64,000 bases of DNA, from contig NC_043010.1 in NCBI RefSeq assembly GCF_006345805.1, positions 868,001 to 932,000 on the forward strand, read 5' to 3'. Positions 26,538-37,188 of the stretch are shown here, one piece after another (the first letter of the stretch is position 1; every line of letters begins with the position of its first letter). The notes under the pieces are model-generated. The model was not told where the DNA came from. It worked only from the letters and a program-made list of their open reading frames with translations, and made no database searches. This DNA comes from Octopus sinensis. Its lineage: Eukaryota. The translations under genes and the position numbers were made by a program.

Positions 26538-26568
26538 AGTTCAATATGATTCCAGCAAAGAATGTTCG
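26538..26568 (+). other. Candidate 31-nt micro-exon
   Basis: CTAATGTAATTTTGCAG acceptor with branch-like CTAAT and CG|GTGAGT donor; two open frames (VQYDSSKECS or FNMIPAKNVR). Confidence 0.35.
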
Positions 26569-26965
26569 GTGAGTTCACATGGAATCTTGTTTACACCAAA
26601 ACCTGAAACAACCATCAATTTGATCTGTATTTTTGATGTGTGTGTTTGTGTGTGTGCGTGCGTGTCCATGTGTGTGAGTTTTTCGTCATTTTCTATTATC
26701 GTTGTTATTATTATTATTATTATTATTTTTTTTTTTTGTTGAAAATATTTGTTTTAAATTTTGACAATTCTTATACATTTCTGTATGAAGAGGTATATTT
26801 CACTACAGATACACAAGAAATCTCACCTGTAATGTTGGTGGTGAGTAAAACATACAGAAAAGTAAAATAGATATAAGCAAAATGAATTAAAAAATCTATA
26901 AATATATACATATATATATATGTATGTGGTGTGCCTGTGACATATACATATAAAATGATAAAGGT

Positions 26966-27266
26966 CGCCCTTTTCAAGCCTAGCCAGGCTCATGGGCCAG
27001 GTTTCCCGGTTTCTGTGGTGTATGTGTTCCCCCCAGCTGGACAGGACACCAGTCCATCACAGCGTTACTCAAGAAACAGGAAGAGAGAGTGAGAGAAAGT
27101 TGTGGCGAAAGAGTACAACAGGGGTCGCCACCACCCTCTGCCGGAGCCTCATGGAGCTTTTAGGTGTTTTTGCTCAATAAACACACACAACGCCCGGTCT
27201 GAGAATCGAAACTGCGATCCTCCAACCGTGAGTCCGCTGCCCTAACCACTGGGCCATTGCGCTTCC
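26966..27266 (-). mobile_element. tRNA-derived SINE family C
   Basis: tRNA head, CGCCACAACTTTCTCTCACTCT body, CCTGGCTAGGCTTGAAAAGGG tail. Confidence 0.85.
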
Positions 27267-27267
27267 T

Positions 27268-27514
27268 GCGCCCTTTTCAAGCCTAGCCAGGCTCATGGGA
27301 CCAGTTTCCCAGTTTCACTGATGTATGTGTTCCCCAGCTGGACAGGACGCTAGTCCATTGCAGCGTTACTCACTTTTGCCAGCTGAGTGGATTGGAGCAA
27401 CGTGAAATGAAGTGTTTTGCTCAAGAACACAATGCGTCACCCGGTCCAGGAATCGAAACCACAATCTTACGATTATGGTGATGACACCCTAACCACTAAG
27501 CCACGCGCCTCCAC
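27268..27514 (-). mobile_element. tRNA-derived SINE family D, full length, directly adjacent to the family C copy
   Basis: Same head type and tail as family C but a different middle (GCTCCAATCCACTCAGCTGGCAAAAGTGAGT). Confidence 0.85.
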
Positions 27515-28435
27515 ACACACACACACTTATATATATACACACACACACATGCACACACACATATATGGATGAATAGATAGATGGACAGACACAGACAGAC
27601 ATCTAGACAGCTAGATAGACCGATAGATAAGTAGACAGATATCAGCAAGGAATTGAGAAAATGGTACCTTGAACAAAATAGGAATTATAATGTTTGGTTC
27701 TGCTCTGCTCTCTTCACTTCCAGTACCCCAAAAGTTCGTTTTCTATGTTTTTGTTTTTATGTTTTAGTTTCTCATTGTGTTCAACGTTTTTTTGATGTCC
27801 TGCATGTATATATACATATATATGTAGGTATGGAGGGTTGCATTTACAACCCCTATCTCAATATGCATATATTTATATATTATTTATATTATTATATGAT
27901 CGAATGCCACGCATCCTTTTCCAAGTATATATAAACATTTCCCATCAAAACTTCAGCCAAGTAGAAACATAACAGACCGGACATAGTTATATGAGACAGT
28001 AAAGCTATGTATCGTCATAAAGGCTAGCTGCCCTGCTGGTGCAAATAGTTCTTCAGAAAACAGAAAGAAGCAGAATATTTATGTTTCAATATCTACAGCT
28101 CTTCTATCTTGATTATAAATTCATATTTCAAACCAATAATCATTAGTGCACTTGGTTATGTTAGTAAATTTTCAATTCCTAACCCTGGGAAAATCAAAGA
28201 TTTTCGAGAAAGAAATCAGCTAACATGAATTATACAGATACGATCAGTAAGTGGGGGAATAAAAATATGCAACACTTTCTTAAAGTTTGATATGTAACAA
28301 TTATTCCTGTTGTTCACCAAATTATAGTGATGAAGCTTTTGTCTCTTAGTTAGAAATCAGGAACATCCTTCAAGAAAAAATACTAATGAATAAATAAAAA
28401 AAGAAAGAAGGCATACATATAACAGACAATCTCTT

Positions 28436-28498
<63 letters not shown>

Positions 28499-28778
28499 CA
28501 AACACACATATGGAGATCACCAGCCATTAGATACATAGTCAGATAAGACCTGCAATCCACTTGAGCTCATGTTACTGGTCAACAATGGTCTCAACATCAG
28601 CAAAAAATGTGACCATAGGTACAAGCATAGCTGTATGGGTAAGAAGCTTGCTTTGCAACCCATGTAGTTTTGGGGTTCAATCCCACTGTGAAGCACTTTG
28701 CTGAAGTATCATCTACTAAAGCTCAAAAGCTTACCAATGCCTCGTAAGTGAATTTAGTAGTCAGAAACTGTATAGGAG

Positions 28779-29007
28779 GCAGCGAGCTGGCAGAAACGTT
28801 AGCACACCGGGCGAAATGCTTAGCGGTCTTTCGTCTTCTGTTACGTTCTGAGTTCAAATTCTGCTGAGGTCGACTTTGCCTTTCATCCTCTTGGGGTCGA
28901 TAAATTAAGTACCAGTTACGCACTGGGTCGATGTAATCGACTTAATCCCTTTGTTTGTCCTTGTTTGTTCCCTCTATGTTTGGTCCCTTGTGGGCAATAA
29001 AGAAATA
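28779..29007 (+). mobile_element. SINE family B inserted into a family A copy
   Basis: 16-bp TSD AGAAACTGTATAGGAG at 28763-28778 and 29008-29023. Confidence 0.9.
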
Positions 29008-30140
29008 AGAAACTGTATAGGAGACTATCACACACACACACATATTACAGACTTCATTCATTTCTGTCTACCAAATCCACTCAGAAGGCTTTGGTCGGCC
29101 CGAGGCTATAGTAGAAAACACTTGCCCAAGGTGCCATGCAGTGGGACTGAACCCGGAACCATGTGGTTGGTAAGCAAGCTACTTACCACACAGCCACTCC
29201 TGCACTTCATATGAGGTGTGGTGTGTGTAGATATATATATATCTTGATAATTACACAAACACATACATATACATACTAGCACACACATTCATACACAAAA
29301 ACAGGAATCCACATTCATAATTGCAAACAGACACACAGACACAGGTATACATATGTTATACAGTTATAATATGAATATTCATCATAAATGACATATATAG
29401 ACATACACGTATAGGCATGAATGTACACACACACATAAGGAGAAGCACATAGGCATATACATACTCATCTAGAAAGACACATATAGAGACACAGACATAC
29501 CCATATACACATGACCATACACACACAAATATATAGGCGCATGTGCACATGCTCACACACACATACATACAGGCATGCATACACACACATATATATAAAA
29601 CACAGTGCAACCATATGTACATAGTCACAAGTACACGTATCAACACACACACATATAAACATGTGTATGCACACACACACACACACACACATAGACACAT
29701 GTGCGCATAGACACACACACACTCACACACACATACAGGCGCAAGTACACAAACCAACACAGACAGACACACACATAAACACATGTGCACTTACACACAC
29801 ACGCATAGTCACATGTGCACACACACATACTGGCACATGTGCACACACACACACACACCATATAGGCACAAGTACACGTACCAACACACACACACACACA
29901 CCCTACATCCACCCCCACTCATCCACACACCTTCACAATTAACCACAAGGAATGACAATAGTGCCAAAAGTGTCAACGTTACCTGTCAATACAGAGTTGC
30001 AGGTGTGTGCATATGTGCACATAATTGCAAGTCAACGATGCTGTGATGCATTGACAGGAAGCAGTGCTTTATTGTGCACTGTTTTTATGCCAAATGCATT
30101 TAGTGCGTTCCACTAGAGAAAATGAAGAATCTCAAATGAA

Positions 30141-30860
30141 AGAGTGATGGCAGTGGTGGTGGTGGTGGTGGTGGTGGTGGTGGTGGTGGTGGTGGTGGTG
30201 GTGGTGATGGTGGTGGTGACGGTGGTGGTGGTGGTGGCGTTTTTAAATTAAGTGTTAGTGGTTGTGTAATAATGGTGGTGGCGGTGAGAAGGGTGTGGGG
30301 GTTGGGGTGGTATTGGTTGTTATAAATTAAGTGGTAGTGTTGGTGTATGTGTGGTGGTGGTGTAGGATGTAGTGGTACTGATGACGGCAGTGATGGTGCT
30401 GGTAGTGGTGGTTTTAAATATGTGGGAAGTGGTAGTAATAGCAGTTGTGAATGTGTAGTAGTTATGGTGGTAGTTGTCATAGTTGCATCAGTGGTTGTTT
30501 TAGTATACTTAGTGATAATAGTGGTTGTGGTTTAGGTGGTAGTTGTAATATTGTTAGTGGTGCTGGTGATTGTAGCAATGGTGGTTGTAGTTTTGGTGCT
30601 GGTGTAGTGCTGTTCACAATGCTGGTGATTGTAGTGGTGGTCGTTGTGGTTTTGGTGGTAGTTGTGTTGGTGTTCATGGTGCTGGTGCTTGTAGTGGTAG
30701 TGGTTGTGGTTTTGGTAGTAGTTTTAGTGGTGTTAGTAGTGCTAGTGATTTTAGTGGTGGTGGTTGTGGTTTTGGTAGTAGTTTTAGTGGTGTTTGTGGT
30801 GCTGGTGATCTTAGTGGTGGTGGTTGTAGTTTTGGTAGTAGTTGTGTTGGTATTCACACG
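30141..30860. repeat. Degenerate (GGT/GTA)n trinucleotide tract with a 60-bp higher-order repeat
   Basis: Pure (GGT)n at about 30150-30235; about three 60-bp units GTGGTTGTGGTTTTGGTAGTAGTT... at about 30690-30860. Confidence 0.9.
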
Positions 30861-31151
30861 GCTGTAGAAATGAGTTACGATGTCACTGGTGCCAAGCTGT
30901 ATCAGCCTCTTTGCTTTTCCTTTGGGCAACATCAGTTCTAGCATAGAGTGGGGAGACTGGTATGCATAGGTGACGGCTGGTCTTCCATAAGCAACTTTGC
31001 CTGGACTTGTACTTCAGGGGGCAACTTTCTAGGTGCAATTCCATGGTGATTGAAGTGGGGTCTTTACCCCATATATATATATATATCCCCATATATATAT
31101 ATATATATAATTGTATATATATATATATATTATATATATATCGGCAAATAA

Positions 31152-31228
31152 ACATCAGCCGGTAAACATTCTAATATGTCTATTCATTCCAATGGAATAG
31201 ACATCCTGGAATGCTTACTGGCTGATGT
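31152..31228. other. 77-nt imperfect hairpin
   Basis: ACATCAGCCGGTAAACATTC pairs with GAATGCTTACTGGCTGATGT; inner ATGTCTATTC pairs with GAATAGACAT. Confidence 0.7.
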
Positions 31229-31399
31229 CTGCTGAATTTGTATCCTCTCCACTCTCTTATTTGCTGTATAAATCAAGGTAAAACCACTTTTTACCCCCGC
31301 CCATATATAACACAAAATTGCAAGCTTGCCAGGTAATAACTAGCACTTGGATAAGAATAATTGGGTACACTACCAGCAGTATATTGGATAGGTACTGTC

Positions 31400-31670
31400 C
31401 CTTAGTTGGTTTCTCATCCTCTAACTTACACAGAAAAATATATATATATATATTCACTATATGACTGCTTGTGTATCGTTGGCAATTTTTTTCCTCCGAC
31501 TTCCCTTCCTCGGATCTTTCCTTTTCCTATGTTTCTGATGAAGAGCTCCACTCGAAATGTTAAATCCTCCTTCTTTCTTTCCTTTCCTGACCATCCAATA
31601 ATACTATACTTGTTCAACGTCCTCGCGTTGTTGTGTTTTCTCTTTGTGTTTTCATGTTTGGATTAACTAT
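31400..31670 (+). mobile_element. Putative Penelope-like element fragment carrying a minimal hammerhead
   Basis: Hammerhead motif inside a non-SINE segment associated with (TA)n; class assignment is inference. Confidence 0.45.
31531..31565 (+). ncRNA. Minimal type I hammerhead ribozyme motif, decayed
   Basis: GTTT-CTGATGA-A-GAG(CTCCA)CTC-GAAA-TG-TT-AAAT: conserved core, helix II GAG/CTC, helix I GTTT/AAAT. Confidence 0.55.
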
Positions 31671-32435
31671 ATACACTTTATATATACTTTACAAAAACTA
31701 AAGATGAAGACAGGTGAAGGAACAACAAGCAGGTGTATTAGTTTAATGCTCAAGAAGAGCAGTAAAGTCTTTGATGTTTCGAGTCTATGCTCTTCATTAG
31801 AAAAGACTGAGAGGGAAAAAAGAAAAAGAAAGAATGGAGAGAGAGAAACGTGTAGGGATTAATGGTTCAATGTGATGACGACAGGCTTTTTAAAGTCTAC
31901 CAAATCCACTGACAAGGCTTTGGTTGACCAGGGGCTTTAGTAGAAGACACTTGCTCAAGGGGCCACACAGTGGGACCGAACCTGAGACTACGTGGCTGGG
32001 AAGCAAGCCTCTTACCACACAGCCATGTCTGTGCAGGAATCAAAATCAATTCCTCACTCAACCTGACTGCTTAGCAGACTCAACATCTTGTTCAATAACT
32101 CTGGCCATGTGATTCTAACAGCAATGGAGACCATGACAACAACGACGATAACAAGAAGAAGAAGAACAACAGCAACAACAATAAATATATAAATAAATAC
32201 ATGAAAATGTAAAAGCTTCTTCTATGTTGACATTAAATTTTGGTGTTTCTAAACAAGTAATTTTCACAGAAATATCTCCAGTCACATTCTGTAAATAATG
32301 GTAAAAGTTCTGCTACAATGCCAAATGTCTTACTTATTACATTAACTCAATGCTTTTGCTTTCTGCTTTTTTTTTATTACTTTAATACAGTATTTTGTTT
32401 GTATATACATACATACATACATACATACTACATAC

Positions 32436-32466
<31 letters not shown>

Positions 32467-32839
32467 CATACATACTACATACATATATATATATATATAT
32501 ATAATATATATATATATTATATATATGTGTGTGTGTCTGTAAGTGTGTGTGTTTGAATGTTTGTATATGTGTGCGTGTGTGTGTGTGTATGTGCGTTTGA
32601 ATGTATATATATATATGTATGTGCGTGTGAGTGTGTATATGCTTATATGTAAGTATATATGCATATACTTATATACACATATGTATAAATGTGTACATAT
32701 ATGTATATATGTGTACATACATGTTTGTGTGTTTATGTATGCATATATATATACACACACATATATATATATACTTTTGGATGCATTTGTGTGTGTGCGT
32801 GCATATAACATAAATATGTGTATGTGTGCACACACACAC

Positions 32840-32870
<31 letters not shown>

Positions 32871-32929
32871 TTGTTCTGTTTGCCATGCCTTCCACCCTCT
32901 CACTTCTTATTTTTCTCTTCATCCACTGC

Positions 32930-33200
32930 CTATTCTTCTTTTTCTTCTTCTTTTTTCCTCCAGTCTTCTTCTTCTTCTTCTCCTCCTCCTTCTTCTTCTT
33001 CTTCTTCTTCTTCTTCTTCTTCTTCTCCTCCTCCTCCTCCTCCTCCTGCTCCTCCTTCTTCTTCTTCTTCTTCTTCTTCTTCTTCTTCTTCTGTCTCAGT
33101 CTTCACCTCATTCTGCCTCGCTCTACTTTCACTTTCGCCTCCACCCCCACCCCCTCCACAAACACCACTACACCCTCTTCTCCCCACTCCTCCTCCTACT
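32930..33200. repeat. (CTT)n/(CCT)n polypyrimidine tract
   Basis: Direct inspection. Confidence 0.9.
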
Positions 33201-33629
33201 TTTGTTCTTTGCTCCTTTGTTCTTCCGACATTTGCATATTTTCTTGTTAGCTTCTTCTATCTACAGAGATAAATTTTTCCCCAGAACATTTCCTCTGTTT
33301 ACATACATATACACACATACATATATGTATGTCTGTATATATACATACACACATACATATATATATATGAATGAATGCGTGTATGTGTGTGCATATATAT
33401 ATGCATATATGCATATATGTACACACATGCATGTGTGTTTATACATACATACATATATATATATATATACGCATGTATGTATATATATTTATGTATGTAC
33501 ATGTATAAACACAACATCCATTGCAACCTTTACTCTTTATCTTCCTCTCCCTCTCTCCGCTACTCCACCCTCACTCTCTTATCCAACTTTTCTCCACCTA
33601 CAACAATTTTTATGATGATTGAATTTACA

Positions 33630-34760
33630 TCTACCTCACGCCACCACCACCACCACCACCACCACCGCCGCCACCACCGACACCACCACCGCCGCCGCCG
33701 CCACCACCGCCACCACCATTGTTCCCTTGTTTTTATTGTTATTTTTCTCTTTGGATGTTGTCTTTTAGGTTTGTGGGGCTCTGTACATGATGTGGAGAGT
33801 AAGTGGGGAGGGTGAGGGGGGAGTGGTGCCATGAACTGGGAATTTTCTTGAGATTAACCACCACTGCTATCAGCGCCGATACCACTGCCACCACCCACCA
33901 CCACCACCACCACCACTGCACCACCACCACCACCACCACCACCACCACCACCACCACCACCACCACTACCACCACCACTACCACCACCACCACCACCACC
34001 ACCACCACCACCAGCAAGGCTATGATGACCACAAACACTATTGAGACCACTACCATCACCTTCACCATCACCACCACCTTCACCAAGAACACCATCATGC
34101 CACTGCTGATACCACTACCACCACCACCATCAACTCCAGGACTGCCACCAAGACCACCACCACCACCACCACTGCTGCTGCTACGAACACCAGTGTCATT
34201 ATCATCATCACCAGTACTACCACCATCACCACCACCACCACCACCACCATCAGCACTGGGAACATCACCACACCACTGCTGCTGCCATTACTATCATCAG
34301 CACCACCAGTATCACCACCACTATCACCAAGACCACTACCATCCCAACCATCATCATCATCATCACCTGTACTACCACCAAGACGACTTCAACGTTGACC
34401 ACCACCACCACCACCATCATCATCACCAATACTACCACCAAGACCACCACAACGATGACCGTTACCAGCACCACCATATCCACCACAACCACCATCATCA
34501 TCATCATCATCATCATCACCCATACTACCACCAACACCACCACAAAGACGACTACTACTACCATCACCACCACCACCAACCACCACCAACACCATCATCA
34601 TCACCAAGATCACAACCACCACCACAACCATCATTACCCCATGCACCCCCACCCCCACCCCCACCCCCACCCCCACCACAACCACAACCACCATCATCCA
34701 CCACCATCACCACTACCAAGACCAACCGCCTCACCCACCAACAGCAACAAAAAGGCAAAT
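33630..34760. repeat. Degenerate (ACC/CAT)n trinucleotide tract
   Basis: Direct inspection; source of the poly-T/H/P ORFs in the track. Confidence 0.9.
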
Positions 34761-35887
34761 GAGAAGAAAAACAAAGGAGTTTCTGTGTGTGGGTTGATGG
34801 TTGGGTGGAAGAGCGCTTGGTTGATACGGTGTCTGTTTGATTCTACACCCAGGGATTTTTATGAAGTGGTTTTTATCAAAAACGCAAGGTCAGTGCGAGA
34901 GGTATTAAACAGCGCTAAGGGACATCACTCACTGCTATGTACTTCCCTTAGATCTTTTACAACAACAATTACAACAACAAGGATTTATTGTTTCTAATAA
35001 AAGTAATCTTTTATCTTTCGCTTGTTTCAGTTACTGGACTGTGGCCATGCTGGGGCACCACCTTGAAGGGTTTAGTCCAGGCATGAGCAACTGTTTATGA
35101 GAAACGAGCCACGTGAGACATGGCTCTTACTCAGAACAGCTGCTCTATTAAAAAGATGATTCAAGGTAATAATTTTGTATTGGGCATGTTGTTTGGGGAA
35201 GTCCAGCTGGCTGTATGCGGCCCACAAGCCACAGTGGCTGGTTTAGATGAACAAACTGCCTCCAGTATGTATTCTATTGGTCTCTTTTGCCAAACTGCTA
35301 CATTATGGGGATGTAAATAAACCAGCACTGGTTGTCAAATGGCAGGGTAGGGGTAACAAACACAATATAACACACACACGTACCTGTGTGTGTTTGTGTA
35401 TGTACACACACACACATATATATATATATATGTATTATTCCAAACAGTTTGGTTTGGATTCTGTGCTACTTAATGTGGCCTTCCTTGACCAATCACAGCC
35501 CATCTACCACTAGCCAACTTGGACTTCCTGCACCTCCCCATTCATTCAGATTTCTACTGGCCTGAGGAAAGGCCCTGTTAGGGGCTTTGAAACTTTAAGT
35601 AGCACAAAATCTAAATCAAACTGTTTTGAACAATGCATGTAACTCTCAATAAATGTTTTGAGTGCCATTTTTATCATTTGTCTACTGACTTGTATATATA
35701 TATATATATATATATACCATCAGTGGTGGCTGTCCATTGTTGGTCAAACTTGTGGACAGTAAGTAGTAAGGCAGTTGGCATCATTCTTCCCATCAGACTG
35801 CATCTCTGGGCCTCTACACCATATACCAGGTGGTTACAAAGAAAGCAACAAGCATGGTCAACGATGAGGCTGCCCTGCCCAAGCAGC

Positions 35888-35980
35888 TCATTTGCTTGTT
35901 GACGTCCAACTGTTGTCTAATGGAACAGATCTTCCACTTGTCTGTAATAAACCCCAAGCCACTGATCTAGAACCCCTATC
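35888..35980 (-). CDS. Candidate terminal coding exon of the protocadherin (DRGSRSVAWGLLQTSGRSVPLDNSWTSTSK*)
   Basis: TACTGAT branch-like motif plus AAATTTTCAG acceptor at 35982-35981; open in phase 0 for 30 codons then TGA, matching the phase-0 donor at 37188. Non-repetitive sequence. No transcript evidence. Confidence 0.45.
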   Translation of the reverse strand, partial: DRGSRSVAWGLLQTSGRSVPLDNSWTSTSK

Positions 35981-36014
35981 CTGAAAATTTGATATCAGTA
36001 CTATCAGGGTCTAT

Positions 36015-36230
36015 AAGGTGGTGAAATGGCAGAATTGTTAGCACACCCAGCAAAATGCTTGGTGGATTTTCAGCTGTTTTTACATTCTGAGTTCTGATTC
36101 CATTGAGGTTAACTTTCATCCTTCCAAGTTCGATAAGATAATTACCAGTTCAGCACTGGGGTCGATGTAATCAATGTACCTTCTCCCCCAAAACTACTGG
36201 CTTTGTGCCATGGATTGAAATCAATATTGT
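36015..36230 (+). mobile_element. Diverged SINE family B in the putative protocadherin intron
   Basis: GGTGGTGAAATGGCAGAA head, GAGGTTAACTTT core, CACTGGGGTCGATGTAATC. Confidence 0.7.
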
Positions 36231-36592
36231 CAGGGCCTATGGATAATTTCCAAAAATTATAGTGATTATTTTGTTTAGTATTTGTGTTTGGATTACAGAT
36301 CAGCCTCAAATGAATTGTCCAAAAGAATAGCAACAACAAGGTGGGCCTCTATAGGTTCACTTGATCTGCAAGAAATAGCAACCAAATCTCTACTAAATTA
36401 AATACCATTGCCTTGAAAAATCAGGTACCAGCTGGATGAGGTAGTCCTAGATACACTATGTTTGAAAGAGTGACAGCAATAGAACCACCACCACCAATGC
36501 AAGAACAATGCCATCGCCAACTTAAACACTTATTTTATTGGATGTTACCTGAAATGGTCAAAGATGGGGAGTGGGGAGAGAGGAGGGGAGAT

Positions 36593-36648
<56 letters not shown>

Positions 36649-36909
36649 AGTGCATTTCACAGCTGTAGATTACAAACAAAGAACACACACACACACACAC
36701 ATGCATCAAATTAAGACTGTTTCCCATTCTATTTAGTGGTGAATTCATTACAAGAAAGAAGGAAGAAGTGTCCTAGCAACAGCATTTTATTAATCAAAAC
36801 CATAACACTTCACTACAAACCTCCATTTAACCAACCAAACTCGTCCGTGCAAAGAGAGAACTTTTGTAGCTTATGAGTACTGACATACAAATTTTCCTTA
36901 TAGACATAA

Positions 36910-37130
36910 CCCTTTAGCATTTTAACCAGCCATATCTGGCCCAAATATTCTACCTGGTTTATGTTTAAACTAGCCAGATCCTGCCTTTCACGCTTACCCT
37001 ATAATGTTATTCTAAAAATAAACAAAACACATTATCGAAATTTCAAAGCAACGAGATAATTCATGATTAATTCAAAATAATGTAAATAAAAGGGTCTTAC
37101 ATTTAACAGAATAATCTGAATGCTAAAGGG
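36910..37130. mobile_element. piggyBac-type MITE
   Basis: TIRs CCCTTTAGCATT / AATGCTAAAGGG flanked by degenerate TTAA (ATAA, TTAG). Confidence 0.75.
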
Positions 37131-37188
37131 TTAGAAAAAACCCACACAAAGAAAAGAAAATCAAAGCTCAAAATGGATTATTACTTAC

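Noticed and set aside
33803-34762. 319-aa Thr/His/Pro-rich ORF and the overlapping 235- and 265-aa ORFs at 32543-33615
   Set aside because: Entirely low-complexity repeat; several frames are open at once; no domain or splice support.
37168-37188. ORF end VSNNPF* as the true protocadherin C-terminus
   Set aside because: It begins exactly at a consensus GTAAGT donor, so it is more likely intron read-through, although intron retention cannot be excluded.
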